IMG/VR virus record: IMGVR_UViG_3300045988_179014
Coordinates: 128,001 to 192,000 of that record
Strand: one strand, 5' to 3'
Length of the DNA: 64,000 bases
DNA from: a virus
Under the pieces are notes generated by a model. It ran no database searches, was not told the origin of the DNA, and saw only the letters and a program-made list of their open reading frames with translations. Numbering within the stretch: the stretch's first letter is position 1; every line of letters starts with the position of its first letter. Position numbers and translations under genes: made by a program. Of this stretch, positions 1-10,425 are shown one piece after another.

Positions 1-467
1 GTTTCCATGATGATATGCGATTTATGAGGGAACCCAAACAGTTTTGCCGCTACTATTGGTTCTTCTGTAATGAAGCAAATGTCTCGTTCTTGGCATTGTA
101 AAGTTTCTGTAACCGCATTGATGTAGGTGGAGTAGCGACGCGGGAAACTCATGATTTGTTCAAGCGTATCCGAACTAATACGCACAAAATGCATCTTATT
201 GCGATTCAGCTTTTTCAAGTATCTGTCAATGTTGCTAATCAGAAGATTGATGAGAAACGTTTTGCCACTCTGAGGGGTTCCAACCACAGCAATATGTCCT
301 TGACTGGGGTCCAACAACTCACTCACTAGGCTGTCCAGTTCATTTTTGTAAACTTGTGGAAGCTGCTCGTACACAACAGATTGACGTGAAGTATCGTTAT
401 TGACCAAATCAATTTCGAGTACTGTTGTGGGATTCAAAATGTTATGTTGTAGATTTGTGGTTAGCAT
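1..467 (-). CDS. P-loop NTPase, 5' part only (gene continues past window start)
   Basis: Minus-strand translation from the ATG at 467..465 gives MLTTNLQHNILNPTTVLEIDL...VVGTPQSGKTFLINLL (Walker A) and stays open to position 1. It is absent from the ORF track because it is truncated. Confidence 0.5.
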   Translation of the reverse strand, partial: MLTTNLQHNILNPTTVLEIDLVNNDTSRQSVVYEQLPQVYKNELDSLVSELLDPSQGHIAVVGTPQSGKTFLINLLISNIDRYLKKLNRNKMHFVRISSDTLEQIMSFPRRYSTYINAVTETLQCQERDICFITEEPIVAAKLFGFPHKSHIIME

Positions 468-492
468 GAGCCTCTTCCTAAGATACCAGTAA

Positions 493-522
493 GGGACAGG
501 ATTATTCTACCAATCCTGTCCC
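493..522 (-). terminator. Hairpin (10-bp stem GGGACAGGAT/ATCCTGTCCC) downstream of the 558..1442 gene
   Basis: Perfect inverted repeat read directly from the sequence. In the minus direction it sits between the stop of the 558 gene and the RBS/ATG of the next gene. Confidence 0.35.
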
Positions 523-557
523 CAGCCAAAATATTACTATTGTTGTTTACAATTATC

Positions 558-1442
558 TTATTCTGCACGCAATTCCAATAGTGTGCTAAAACGATTTAGG
601 AAAGCTAGTGCCTCATTTGTTTGGTCCAACATTTCTTTGACACGAGAATCTGGAATAACATTTACAAAATCATCAGGTTCAGGAAGTGAATTAAGACCGA
701 CCAGCGCATTGACCAGATTGTAAATATTCATGGAATCGGTTGGGCTCATTCCGCCGTCCCCATCAACTTGTACTTCAAGGAATTCGTCATCCGCAGAAGA
801 TGTCATCTTGTCTGGCATATCAGCTTCCAGAAGAGCATCAGCGGCAGCTTCAAGCCCTTTCTGGTATCCTTCTTGTTCAGCTTCAACAAGTTTCTTCTCT
901 TTTTCAGCAACAACCTTGTCATCTGCCTTTTTCTGGGCACGTTGTTCCTCAATGATACGTTCAATAGCATCAGAAGCTTCATCTGGTGGCAAATCTTTTG
1001 TTTCTTCACGAATCTGCTCAGTAATACGTGGAAGTTCGCGTTTGATGTCTCTTGCCTGAGCTTCTGTCAATTTAACGGTGGTACCTTCAGGTGACACTTC
1101 TTCAATCATGGTTATTGCTTTTGACAAATCCAATAATTGATAGCTACGAGCAGGAGAAATCTCGAACTCTTCAGTGACATAGGAAGCCCATGTATCATAC
1201 CCCAGTGCCTTGTACGCTTTACCTTCATGCGCTTGTGCCAGAAGAATGTATGTGGCTGTGGCAGCAGACCGAATTGCCTCAGTTAACTCCCGAGCCTCGG
1301 TTTCAGACATGGCACTTTCAGTCTCAAGAATTTCATCCAACTCCATTGAATAGTCCAAACCATCTGAACCATTATCCTCATCTTCAAATAATTGCTCATC
1401 CCCATCAATGAGGTCATCAATACTATCAAGAATGTCAGACAT
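558..1442 (-). CDS. Acidic hypothetical protein (294 aa)
   Basis: Long ORF in the minus-strand gene tiling. Very acidic N-terminus (DDLIDGDEQLFEDEDNGSDG). No recognisable motif. Confidence 0.55.
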   Translation of the reverse strand: MSDILDSIDDLIDGDEQLFEDEDNGSDGLDYSMELDEILETESAMSETEARELTEAIRSAATATYILLAQAHEGKAYKALGYDTWASYVTEEFEISPARSYQLLDLSKAITMIEEVSPEGTTVKLTEAQARDIKRELPRITEQIREETKDLPPDEASDAIERIIEEQRAQKKADDKVVAEKEKKLVEAEQEGYQKGLEAAADALLEADMPDKMTSSADDEFLEVQVDGDGGMSPTDSMNIYNLVNALVGLNSLPEPDDFVNVIPDSRVKEMLDQTNEALAFLNRFSTLLELRAE

Positions 1443-1493
1443 AAAACGCCTTCCTACAAGTTTTAAGCACGAATATCAATCAAATTGTAAACA

Positions 1494-2177
1494 TTAATAA
1501 AGAATTGTGTTGAAAAGCAAAACAGCCAAGAGAAAAGGGGCAATAATAATTGGTACCAAAGGTTGTGAAATCTTCTCAGTAAACAGTTTTTTTACTGACC
1601 GTTTCCGAACTGCTAAACCAATTCCCCAGAGTAATAATAATACGATTAGGAAAATCAGCCCCCATTTGAAACCTGAAAACCCGAGAATTGGGAAACCAGC
1701 CGCTACCACCAATTGTATTGCCCGACCATCAGATGCACCAATGTTCGGTAAAAATATGGCAACTGTAGCGCAAGCAAACCACAACAGGTAAACAGTTAGT
1801 GTTGTTTGATTCGTATGCAATCGAAGAAAGACCAAGCCTGCGATAAAAGCTAACACAGTGGAAAATCGAAGAATCCGTCTATCTGCTTTACGATGAATGA
1901 AATCAGTGAAAATGGTTTGACCCAATACGGTAGTCATCAAACCAGTTCCCAGAATGCATACAAAAACATACATTGGGGATTCATGAAGAACCACTAATCC
2001 CACTAAGGTCGACAACAGCCATGAAATTCCCCAAGAAGTTAGATTGATAGCCCTCCAGTGCGGTTTTAACGGACTATCAGACAACCAGGCAGGCGGAGAG
2101 AGCAATGAGAGCATTACAAGACACAGAGGGGCAAATAAAGCCAACCACGGCCAATAATCGAGCAGGTCAATCATCAC
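1494..2177 (-). CDS. Polytopic membrane protein (227 aa)
   Basis: Multiple hydrophobic helices (LALFAPLCLVMLSLL, ISWLLSTLVGLVVL, LIFLIVLLLLWGIGLAV). Confidence 0.55.
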   Translation of the reverse strand: MMIDLLDYWPWLALFAPLCLVMLSLLSPPAWLSDSPLKPHWRAINLTSWGISWLLSTLVGLVVLHESPMYVFVCILGTGLMTTVLGQTIFTDFIHRKADRRILRFSTVLAFIAGLVFLRLHTNQTTLTVYLLWFACATVAIFLPNIGASDGRAIQLVVAAGFPILGFSGFKWGLIFLIVLLLLWGIGLAVRKRSVKKLFTEKISQPLVPIIIAPFLLAVLLFNTILY

Positions 2178-2180
2178 ACA

Positions 2181-3386
2181 TCAATTCATTTGACTCAGAG
2201 CAACCATAATGAATACATTGCTCACATTGTTACCATTTTCCGTCACTGGCTCAAAAATGAAAGCAGTGGAGTCAGTTCCCCATTTGAGACGAACATCTGT
2301 AGTTGCTACTGGATGGAAAGCTGAATTAATTACTGTACGGGAGAATTTGGCTGTATAAGGTTCATCAGATTCGTAGTTCAAACCCTCAAGCTCAACAGTC
2401 AATGTGTTTGAACCGTTGGCATCACTGACACTCAACCCGTCCTTATCCACTGTCAGGTAAACTGCATATTCTGCTGGAGACAGGTCCGAAATGACTTTAA
2501 TGGCATTTTTGAGAGCTGTTGTGTTTACTGTAATGTCATATTCCACACCTGATTCCACTGCTTTCCTCATTTTGTCAGCATGAGTAAAAGCTGTGGTATT
2601 TGTCAAAGCAAACAATGCCAAACGCCCGTCAGGGAATGAATAGCCAAAACGTAAAGCCCCACGGTGTGTTTTCTCCCCCACCAAAGTGATAGAAGTGTTC
2701 AGCCCTTTAGTAGGAGGAACAACAGTAGCACTGGCACTTGGTAACAAGATGTGTTCAGTTGTGAAAGATTCCACCAATGTATCATCATCGTCAACATTCG
2801 CTGGACTGAAATCAAGAGAAATCTGGGCCAAAGCGTAACGGTCAGTAGCAAACAACGTTAGTTTGTTGTTTGCAGAATCAAGTCCTAAATCAACTGACCC
2901 CAAGAATGATGTGGCGCCAGAATTTTTAGCATCACATAGTTTCGCGATACGCCCCAATGAATCAAAAAATTCTGTATCATCAACTTCACCCAACTCAACC
3001 AATTCAGGAACTTTGGAAACACGAAAATCCAGTAATGGAACAGTAAATTTTCCCAAATTGGTTTTCATAATTAAAACAGTGTCAGATGTTTTAGTAACAG
3101 TTACATCACCATCAGATTTGACCAGCGCATTGGCGAGACTTTTGAGATAAGTCCCTTCCAACGCCAAATCCACTTGTGTCACTCCATCAGTAGATAAATC
3201 AATCGTTGAAACATTGAATTCTGCTTTCATATAAGAATTACTATTCTCATGAGCAAAATACCCGCTACCTTGTTCATTCACTGATAACACAACATGTGAA
3301 CGACTGTTTTTCGTATCGTAATTCTTGGTAGCCCATAAAATGGCTGTTACCAGGTTTTTGACATTGGCCACAAACTTCATCAACAT
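2181..3386 (-). CDS. dnaN: DNA polymerase III beta sliding-clamp homologue
   Basis: Starts MKF like E. coli DnaN. Motif NKLTLFATDRYALAQISL matches the ATDGHRLA clamp motif. About 400 aa, three-domain size. Confidence 0.75.
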   Translation of the reverse strand: MLMKFVANVKNLVTAILWATKNYDTKNSRSHVVLSVNEQGSGYFAHENSNSYMKAEFNVSTIDLSTDGVTQVDLALEGTYLKSLANALVKSDGDVTVTKTSDTVLIMKTNLGKFTVPLLDFRVSKVPELVELGEVDDTEFFDSLGRIAKLCDAKNSGATSFLGSVDLGLDSANNKLTLFATDRYALAQISLDFSPANVDDDDTLVESFTTEHILLPSASATVVPPTKGLNTSITLVGEKTHRGALRFGYSFPDGRLALFALTNTTAFTHADKMRKAVESGVEYDITVNTTALKNAIKVISDLSPAEYAVYLTVDKDGLSVSDANGSNTLTVELEGLNYESDEPYTAKFSRTVINSAFHPVATTDVRLKWGTDSTAFIFEPVTENGNNVSNVFIMVALSQMN

Positions 3387-3403
3387 ATCCTTTACACATA
3401 TTT

Positions 3404-3847
3404 TTAAAACTGGATGGATTCCACATCAGTTGAGTCCACAAGACCATCAGTGAACTCATCAACACTGGAATCTGAGCTACATGAAGAATTACAATCTGAA
3501 CCAACCAACTCTATATCTCCAACAATGGAAATAGTCTCAGGTGTTTTGTTGTCAATTGTTTCCACAGAACCAGCTTTGGATGAATTGGTTTTGCGTTTAC
3601 GAGCTACAGACGACTTTTTCGTATCTGATTTCTGGTCATGATTATCTTCATCTGAAACTGTATTGGTTTTATCCAAAGCTGCCAACATTTCAGATTCCAA
3701 AGTACTTAATTGATGGATTTCATCTCGGATGTCCTGCAATGCTTGTTCCAACGCTTTTCGACGTAAAATCATCTGTTGCTGGGCCTGATGATATGCTTCC
3801 AGTGCTTCACCACCAGATTCTATTCTGTCATTCTTTGTAAAAGCCAT
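3404..3847 (-). CDS. Coiled-coil/acidic hypothetical protein (147 aa)
   Basis: ORF directly upstream of the clamp gene. Coiled-coil N-half and Ser/Asp-rich C-terminus ending ESIQF. Confidence 0.45.
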   Translation of the reverse strand: MAFTKNDRIESGGEALEAYHQAQQQMILRRKALEQALQDIRDEIHQLSTLESEMLAALDKTNTVSDEDNHDQKSDTKKSSVARKRKTNSSKAGSVETIDNKTPETISIVGDIELVGSDCNSSCSSDSSVDEFTDGLVDSTDVESIQF

Positions 3848-3941
3848 ATGCTAAAAACCCTCCAAGAAACTAAGGTATTCCACATTCTACCGAAATAGGG
3901 GCCAAGTTTCGCTCAGCCCCTATCACGGATTATATGGATTG

Positions 3942-6314
3942 TCAGGAGGATGTATACAGAACAATCTCCTTTTTGGTTCCCACTGGTAATTGCAATCCAG
4001 GGGTCAAAGACTGTTCCACAACCACCCCGGATGGATACCCTTCTGGTGCAGGTTTTGTTTCTTTACTGACATGCACCACAATACCCAATGATTCCATGGT
4101 ACTGACAGCTTCAGCCGGTTGCATTCCAACAACAGACGGGATAGTGAAAAAATCACGTTTCTCAACTGGTACAGGTTGCAATGAGCGGTCAGCATTATCG
4201 TAATCCAATGGCTGATTTGACTCACCTGAACCTGCCACAATTGCTCTTAAAACATCTGATGCGGCTTGTGATGCTGGGTTGATACTTTGACGCTGCCCAC
4301 GATACACCATTCCGTCTACACCTCTGGTTACTGTATCCATGTCGTAAATACCCATGTAGATGGAGTGTGTTTTGGATACTTGAGCCCATGCATAATTGTA
4401 ATTCTGGTTGGTTCCAGATTTACCCACAGCATCATATCCCTGAATTTGCGCTTTGGTTCCGAAAGCCCCCTCAACTTCACCAGGATATGTGTTCGCACGC
4501 ATTGCTTGAAGCACTGTTGATGCTGTGTGTGGACTCATGACTCGACGACAGGAGTCTTTGGCCGGGTCATAAGTATCCGGAATCGCTGGTGAGGTTCCAT
4601 CAGCGTATTCATAATTGGCAACAGGTGTGGCAGGGCAGAAAACACCCCCATTCGCAAATGTTGCATAAGCAGCTGCCATATTGATGGGACTGTTTTCAAC
4701 AGAACCCAAAACAAATGACAGGCTACGTTCAGTAACACCTTTCGGAACATTGAGATTCAAGTTTCTGCTCATGTCAAAAATCTTGTTCATCCCAATTTTG
4801 GTGGCTAGTGTCAAAAACCAAGTGTTGGAAGACCATGCAGTAGCTTGTTTGTAGTTGATGTTGCCAGCTTGATATGTACACCCATTCGAGTTGTGGAAAC
4901 CGCCTCGGGGATGGTCATAGCCAGAAGGGGAATATGGACATTGTGATGAGAACTGCATATCTGCTGGGTCCATACCTGATTCCAATGCTGCGGCTAATGC
5001 AACCATTTTGAAGGTGGAGCCAGTTGCCGCTGGATTAGCTGGCACATTGAGTGTTGTTTCTCCTTCACCAACACCATAATTACGATTCACCCCGATGCCT
5101 GATACTCCACCATTACCAGGATTTACAACTGCGACAGGGGCAACCACTCGATTGCCGTTACCAAAATCTTTTTCCAGCTGTTCATCAATTAACTGCATTT
5201 GTTGAGGATTCATATATGTTTTGATGTGCAAACCGCCTTTGGCCAGAATCGCATCTCGTTCATCTTGAGTTTCCCCCAGTTTTGGACTCTTGGACAAATA
5301 TTGGAAAACATAGTTGCAGTAGAATGGGTATTTGGATGACACACAATTCCCAGCAGAACGTTTTTTACGTACAAGAGTCAACTCCTCAGCTAATGCATTT
5401 GATGCTTCTTCTTGTGTGATGTAACCTTCTGCGACCATACGATTGAGGACAGTTTTTTGACGAGTTTTCCACTGGTTTTTACGGTCATCATTGTCCAAGT
5501 TGTATGCAGCCGGGTTTTGCACTGACCCCACCAGCACAGCAGATTCCGCCAAAGTCAAATCCTTGGCAGATTTCCCAAAAAAGTAATTGGAAGCTGATTC
5601 AATGGAGTAAATATTAGGTCCACCAAAAGCAACTGTATTGAAATAAGCCAACAGAATCTCATCTTTACTGTGAGTTTTTTCATACTCAATAGCAAGTTTC
5701 AGTTCTTTCAGTTTTCGTGTATATGTGCTTTCAACCGCCTCTTTTTTCTTCTCTTTACCCGCCATATTATAGAATTGCAGATTTTTCACCAATTGCTGAG
5801 TGATACCAGACCCACCCCCGGAACTCAACAATGCTCTAAAAGTTCCTTTGGGGTCGAATCCTTTGTGTTCATAGAACCTTTTGTCTTCAGTTGCCAAAAG
5901 ACCTTTCTTGGCATAATCACTGATTTCATCCAATGATTTCAGAGCAATACGGTCCTCTGACCAGACTTCAGCGAAAACGTCCCCATTTGTGTCATATAGT
6001 GTGTTTCGTTGGGCGATTTGAATGTCTCCCAGCTCGGATGGCATTTGTTTCCATACACTTACCATAGGGTCAGCAACCATAGCAGCACTACTCAGCATTG
6101 CAAGGGGCAACATGGACACCAAAAGACCTGCAACAACAGATATCCCAATAATACCGAAAATGGCTCCAACAGTTTTCTTAGCACTTCTTTTTTCAACAAC
6201 ATGCTCTTCCACAGAAGCTACGCCATCGAAAAGTTCATCAATACTTACTGTGGTAGCGTTTTTGTCATTCCACTGACCAAACATATAATTCCTCCAAGAA
6301 ACTGTGACCGCCAT
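3942..6314 (-). CDS. Class A penicillin-binding protein (transglycosylase + transpeptidase + C-terminal PASTA)
   Basis: N-terminal TM. GT51 motifs EDKRFYEHKGFD...GGSGITQQLVKN. Transpeptidase SxxK (ATGSTFKMVALAAAL). C-terminal PASTA-like segment IPSVVGMQPAEAVSTMESLGIVVHV...KKEIVLYTS. Confidence 0.85.
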   Translation of the reverse strand: MAVTVSWRNYMFGQWNDKNATTVSIDELFDGVASVEEHVVEKRSAKKTVGAIFGIIGISVVAGLLVSMLPLAMLSSAAMVADPMVSVWKQMPSELGDIQIAQRNTLYDTNGDVFAEVWSEDRIALKSLDEISDYAKKGLLATEDKRFYEHKGFDPKGTFRALLSSGGGSGITQQLVKNLQFYNMAGKEKKKEAVESTYTRKLKELKLAIEYEKTHSKDEILLAYFNTVAFGGPNIYSIESASNYFFGKSAKDLTLAESAVLVGSVQNPAAYNLDNDDRKNQWKTRQKTVLNRMVAEGYITQEEASNALAEELTLVRKKRSAGNCVSSKYPFYCNYVFQYLSKSPKLGETQDERDAILAKGGLHIKTYMNPQQMQLIDEQLEKDFGNGNRVVAPVAVVNPGNGGVSGIGVNRNYGVGEGETTLNVPANPAATGSTFKMVALAAALESGMDPADMQFSSQCPYSPSGYDHPRGGFHNSNGCTYQAGNINYKQATAWSSNTWFLTLATKIGMNKIFDMSRNLNLNVPKGVTERSLSFVLGSVENSPINMAAAYATFANGGVFCPATPVANYEYADGTSPAIPDTYDPAKDSCRRVMSPHTASTVLQAMRANTYPGEVEGAFGTKAQIQGYDAVGKSGTNQNYNYAWAQVSKTHSIYMGIYDMDTVTRGVDGMVYRGQRQSINPASQAASDVLRAIVAGSGESNQPLDYDNADRSLQPVPVEKRDFFTIPSVVGMQPAEAVSTMESLGIVVHVSKETKPAPEGYPSGVVVEQSLTPGLQLPVGTKKEIVLYTSS

Positions 6315-6357
6315 ATTTTAACAATCTCAGGCATAATCTAAAATATTTGTATACTAT

Positions 6358-7119
6358 TCAGTCAGCAAAATGTTCATTTATCAATTCTTCCGACAACTTG
6401 GACGCTGATTGTTTGGATGCAGAAGTGGACTGACCTTGTAATTCAACAGATGTTTTTTCAATCAGTTCCATCAGTTTTGCATTACCTGAATCATTGAGAA
6501 CTGCACCAAACGATTCCGGCTTGTCATTACTGGTGAAAATGGCAGTGAGTGAATTGCTGTAAACATGGTCGATGAATCTCTCCAACAATGGAAGTTCTCT
6601 ACGTTCATCATAAAAATCTCGTGCTCCCACATTATCCAAGATGAACACTTTGGTTTTATCGGACAGCAAGTTCTCAAATTTTGCACGTCCTTCAAAACCT
6701 GTATATGCCAAACTCAGCATAGCTTCTTCAGAAATGATTTTGACCTGTGAGAATGTAGTCCATCCAGCACCAATGAATTTCCGAACAATTGCATATGCCA
6801 AGTACTTCCCTAATTCAGTTGCACCATGAATGAAGAAACTCTGTTGACCATATGTGTTGATGAGTTCAAGAATTTCATGAGCGGCTGGATGGTTCATTCG
6901 TGACAATGACGCTTTCTGCCAGCGTTTTGGAAGATTGTTGTCCCATCGTTGAAGGTTGAGACGTCGCTCATGTATAATGCGTTCCCGTTCCACTTTGGCG
7001 TATCGTTCATCCATGGAATCCTGAAACTGTTTGAAAGCATCAAAATCTGTTTCGTTGTGTCGGGCATAAGTAAAACGCCCACTTGAGCTGGCAGTGTGCA
7101 AATCATCCATCTCAGTCAT
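6358..7119 (-). CDS. DnaC/DnaI/IstB-like helicase loader with degenerate Walker A
   Basis: Lies just downstream of dnaB. FFIHGATELGKYLAYAI (non-canonical P-loop) and VFILDNVGARDF (Walker B-like, compare LLVIDEIG of DnaC). Confidence 0.45.
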   Translation of the reverse strand: MTEMDDLHTASSSGRFTYARHNETDFDAFKQFQDSMDERYAKVERERIIHERRLNLQRWDNNLPKRWQKASLSRMNHPAAHEILELINTYGQQSFFIHGATELGKYLAYAIVRKFIGAGWTTFSQVKIISEEAMLSLAYTGFEGRAKFENLLSDKTKVFILDNVGARDFYDERRELPLLERFIDHVYSNSLTAIFTSNDKPESFGAVLNDSGNAKLMELIEKTSVELQGQSTSASKQSASKLSEELINEHFAD

Positions 7120-7505
7120 CTGCGGCTCCTACGTGAACGTTTGGTATTGTTTTCACGGTCATGAATCAATCCACCCCGGTCCAACGTTGCAACTGTCAAT
7201 GGAAGCTTTTTCTCAAAAATCTGATTGATTACTTTGACGTATTTTTTCTCAGACCATTTATTGGTAAGAACAAGTTTTCGATAATAAAGTTTTACATCAC
7301 GAAGAATATGGTCCACGCTTTTGGCCGATGATTTAAAATATGTCTCATATGTTTTTATGGGATTGATAACATCCATGTATTTTGACATAAAGGAATCAGC
7401 TTTTTGTTCATCAGTTAAACTTTGTACATCGAATTCATCCCCAAAATCCAATGTGTTCTCACCTTGAAATAATGGGTGACGTTTCACAGAGGTATGATTG
7501 TCCAT
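7116..7505 (-). CDS. Hypothetical protein (129 aa) between dnaB and the loader, start/stop overlaps on both sides
   Basis: ATGA-type overlaps with both neighbours suggest translational coupling inside a replication operon. Confidence 0.5.
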   Translation of the reverse strand: MDNHTSVKRHPLFQGENTLDFGDEFDVQSLTDEQKADSFMSKYMDVINPIKTYETYFKSSAKSVDHILRDVKLYYRKLVLTNKWSEKKYVKVINQIFEKKLPLTVATLDRGGLIHDRENNTKRSRRSRR

Positions 7506-7506
7506 T

Positions 7507-8982
7507 TTATAAGTCCTGAATGCTTAAATCGTCGTCCAAATTATCTGGGTCAAACTCAGAAAAATCCATGTCATCAACTATTTCTTCCATTTCTTCTTCC
7601 GTCAAACGTTCATCAATCTCTTTTTCACGTTTGATTTCGCGAAAGATGGAACACTCCAGATTTGTGTGACATCGAATAATTTTGTTTGCTTCACCATCCC
7701 GGTTTTTCGCCAAAACAACCAATGTGTGTGGTGTAGTATCATCTTGCGGTAAATCACGGTGAAGAAGAACAACCACATCAGAGTCCATAGCAATAGAGCG
7801 GGACTCACGAATGTTGTCCAGAGTTGGAAGTTTTCCTTCTTCATCGTCATCTTTATTATTCAACTGCACAAGAATCATAATCGGTACACCAAGTGTTTTT
7901 GCGGTTAACTTCATACTACGGGACAAATCAGCCACCGCTTCTTGACGAGTACCAAACCTTCCTACTGGTGTCACCAATTGTAGATAATCCAAAATCACCA
8001 TGTCGAGACCATCAGGACTTTGCGCACGCTTGAAGGCTTTAGAACGAATGGAATCCACAGTGGCTTTGGGGTCTGTGTCAATCATTATTTTCATGTGGCA
8101 AAGCTCATCGTAAGCTTCCTCCACCAACACTCGGTCCTCAGGGGCTAGTTTGCCACGTTTTAGCCTGCTTTGTGACACCCCAGACATGCATGCCACAATA
8201 CGGTCAATAATAGAATCATGAGACATCTCAAGTGAAAAAAACAGAACCGATTTTCCTGCTCGTGCTGCCGCAACCAAAGCCATAACCGCAAAAACAGATT
8301 TACCAATACCCGTTCTGGCACCTACAGTAATCAATTGTTGTGGCGACCAGCCCAAAGTGTATCTGTTCAATGTAGGTAATAGGGTTGGAATCCCCTGTAA
8401 ACCATCTGATTTTTCATCATTTTCTTGAGTTATTTTTTCACGATGATTCAATAATTCAAAATAGTCGTCTTTGTACGCAGCAACATTGATTATAGTCGAG
8501 TCATCAGATAAATGGAAAAGCACATCATTGAATTCAGATGTGAGATTGGATATTGCTTCTACAGCTGAAATGCCAGAATTATCCTGGAAAGTTGGTTGAG
8601 CACTTTTAATTAAAGCACTGGCACGGTTTTTTGCCGCAGATTCCCTCACCACTTGTGCGTACAATTCGGGGGTTCCTTGCAGTAGATATCTTTCCCCGTC
8701 ACGGTGTAATTGATATAGTCCTGCTACACCACCCAATTGTTCCAAAGCGCCACGTCGCTCTAAAAGATGAGCCACAGAAATAACCGAGATTGACTCATCT
8801 TGACGGGCCAGCTCCATAATACAGCTGAAAGCTGTTTCCCACATCGGTTCTGAAAAATCGTCTGGACGCACCAACTCTAAAACACGATTGGTTGAGGTGC
8901 CATCATAAATTAATGACGCTACTAATCGCCGCTGAACTTGCTGATATAGTTCACACCCCTGTTCCGCCAAAACAAACCCCAA
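7507..8982 (-). CDS. dnaB: Replicative DNA helicase DnaB with acidic C-terminal extension
   Basis: GARTGIGKSVFAVMALVAAARAGKSVLFFSLEMS (Walker A / H1 region). LKRGKL motif. RecA-like C-domain. Tail rich in E/D ending DLSIQDL. Confidence 0.9.
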   Translation of the reverse strand: MGFVLAEQGCELYQQVQRRLVASLIYDGTSTNRVLELVRPDDFSEPMWETAFSCIMELARQDESISVISVAHLLERRGALEQLGGVAGLYQLHRDGERYLLQGTPELYAQVVRESAAKNRASALIKSAQPTFQDNSGISAVEAISNLTSEFNDVLFHLSDDSTIINVAAYKDDYFELLNHREKITQENDEKSDGLQGIPTLLPTLNRYTLGWSPQQLITVGARTGIGKSVFAVMALVAAARAGKSVLFFSLEMSHDSIIDRIVACMSGVSQSRLKRGKLAPEDRVLVEEAYDELCHMKIMIDTDPKATVDSIRSKAFKRAQSPDGLDMVILDYLQLVTPVGRFGTRQEAVADLSRSMKLTAKTLGVPIMILVQLNNKDDDEEGKLPTLDNIRESRSIAMDSDVVVLLHRDLPQDDTTPHTLVVLAKNRDGEANKIIRCHTNLECSIFREIKREKEIDERLTEEEMEEIVDDMDFSEFDPDNLDDDLSIQDL

Positions 8983-9066
8983 TCATAGTCATCATGCTGT
9001 TTTATTGTAACATTTGGTCCCAGAACCATCTAATAAAGTTCCGGGGCCAAATTACGATTATTCGCC

Positions 9067-10269
9067 TTACTTGTCCCCTCTTTCGGAGAGGGCCGGGGCG
9101 TAACGTTTTGTCACCTGAATCAGAGCGGTCTTGATTTCCGATTTTTCCGCTGTTGTTAGCCCCCGCAATTTATTTGTTGCAGCAACCAAAGGCTTAATGT
9201 GCGCTACCACGTACGCACATTTGTCCATGTCCGCAAAAATGTGGAGGACTCTGATGACCGCTTGAGCGCGTTGCATCGGCTCATCTGTACCCTCCGTCAG
9301 AGATTCGCGCAGAGACCGTAGAATCATATTTGCATCATCAAGGGTCAACTTTTCCCAGTCTTCAAAATCATCAGGATTTTTGAGGATGGTTTTTAGGTCA
9401 AGGCGACCATTCTTGCGAAGCCAATCTTGAAACCGCAACGTGGCGCCGTAACCAATAGTACCCTGCATCAATACGCCCTCCAGCTCTACATCACTGGATG
9501 GCATAGAGCCGAGTACACGTGATAGATTGTCCCAGCTACGTCGCGAAGGCCAGGCGCATTGGAGAACAGTGAGAGCTGATGCATCATTGACGTTCACCCC
9601 GTAAGCATCGGGGCTATTTTTCGTACCACCTTCCTGGTGCAGGCAACCAGGATTCTCGCGGATAAAACGCACAATCAAGTTACGCCACTCTTTTTCACGA
9701 GGCTGCGAAAAGCCACGTCCCCAGTTGTCTATCATCCCATCCAACCAGGATTTCGTGTCCGGTTGCCATGCCAACCAGATAATTCTGTTGGCAGTGGCAG
9801 CATCGACGTCGTAGCCGTCGGCTGCCGATTCCGTGGGATTCATCGCGCCAACTAGAGCCGTCTCCTCCGGAAATTTCTGACCATTGGGGAACTCTCGATT
9901 TTGTATCACGGTCAACAACGACGCTTTGACCGCGGGGTGAGCGTTCGAAAATTCGTCAAAAAATAGGATTACTTTCTTTTTCTTCATGACGTCTAATTGC
10001 CACTTTTGTGGCGCATACTCTGTTACGGGAGTTATTCCCTCGGCAGTTTCGACTTCTCCCCGAGTGGGGAAGCCCGAGACATCTTGGGGGTCCATGCGTG
10101 AGGCGATAACTGGTATCACCACGTATTCCATCTCATGCGCAATTGCTTCAACCGTTGCCGTTTTGGCCGTTCCGGGGGCTCCCACAAGCATAACAGCCTG
10201 TCGCGCTTTGATGGCATAGAGGAGTGCTTTCGCTGATATGTGTTGTGGAATACCTGAAGGGTGACTCAT
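9067..10269 (-). CDS. MoxR-family AAA+ ATPase
   Basis: Walker A VMLVGAPGTAKT. Walker B VILFFDEFSNAHP. LLTVIQNREF...LVGAMNP (sensor / MoxR signature). Confidence 0.8.
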   Translation of the reverse strand: MSHPSGIPQHISAKALLYAIKARQAVMLVGAPGTAKTATVEAIAHEMEYVVIPVIASRMDPQDVSGFPTRGEVETAEGITPVTEYAPQKWQLDVMKKKKVILFFDEFSNAHPAVKASLLTVIQNREFPNGQKFPEETALVGAMNPTESAADGYDVDAATANRIIWLAWQPDTKSWLDGMIDNWGRGFSQPREKEWRNLIVRFIRENPGCLHQEGGTKNSPDAYGVNVNDASALTVLQCAWPSRRSWDNLSRVLGSMPSSDVELEGVLMQGTIGYGATLRFQDWLRKNGRLDLKTILKNPDDFEDWEKLTLDDANMILRSLRESLTEGTDEPMQRAQAVIRVLHIFADMDKCAYVVAHIKPLVAATNKLRGLTTAEKSEIKTALIQVTKRYAPALSERGDK

Positions 10270-10425
10270 CGAAAATCTCCAAATCTCCTACTGGGCAAAT
10301 TTTACTGATACCATTATAGCTTGTTCCAGTCAGAAGTCAAATATGAGCCTGATGCCTTTTTGATGCAATAATTAAAGGTAGACTAGAAACACTAATCTAC
10401 CCTTAATGAACTATTTTTCTACTAT

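Noticed and set aside
730-1094. Plus-strand ORFs (730..1059, 740..955, 768..1094) and many similar ones later (e.g. 26391..26783, 37874..38263, 40764..41195)
   Set aside because: They are entirely embedded antisense to long, motif-bearing minus-strand genes and have low-complexity composition. They are shadow ORFs, not genes.
6358-7119. Confident DnaC annotation
   Set aside because: The Walker A is non-canonical (GATELGKY). Only gene position (next to dnaB) and a Walker-B-like box support it, so it was reported at low confidence.
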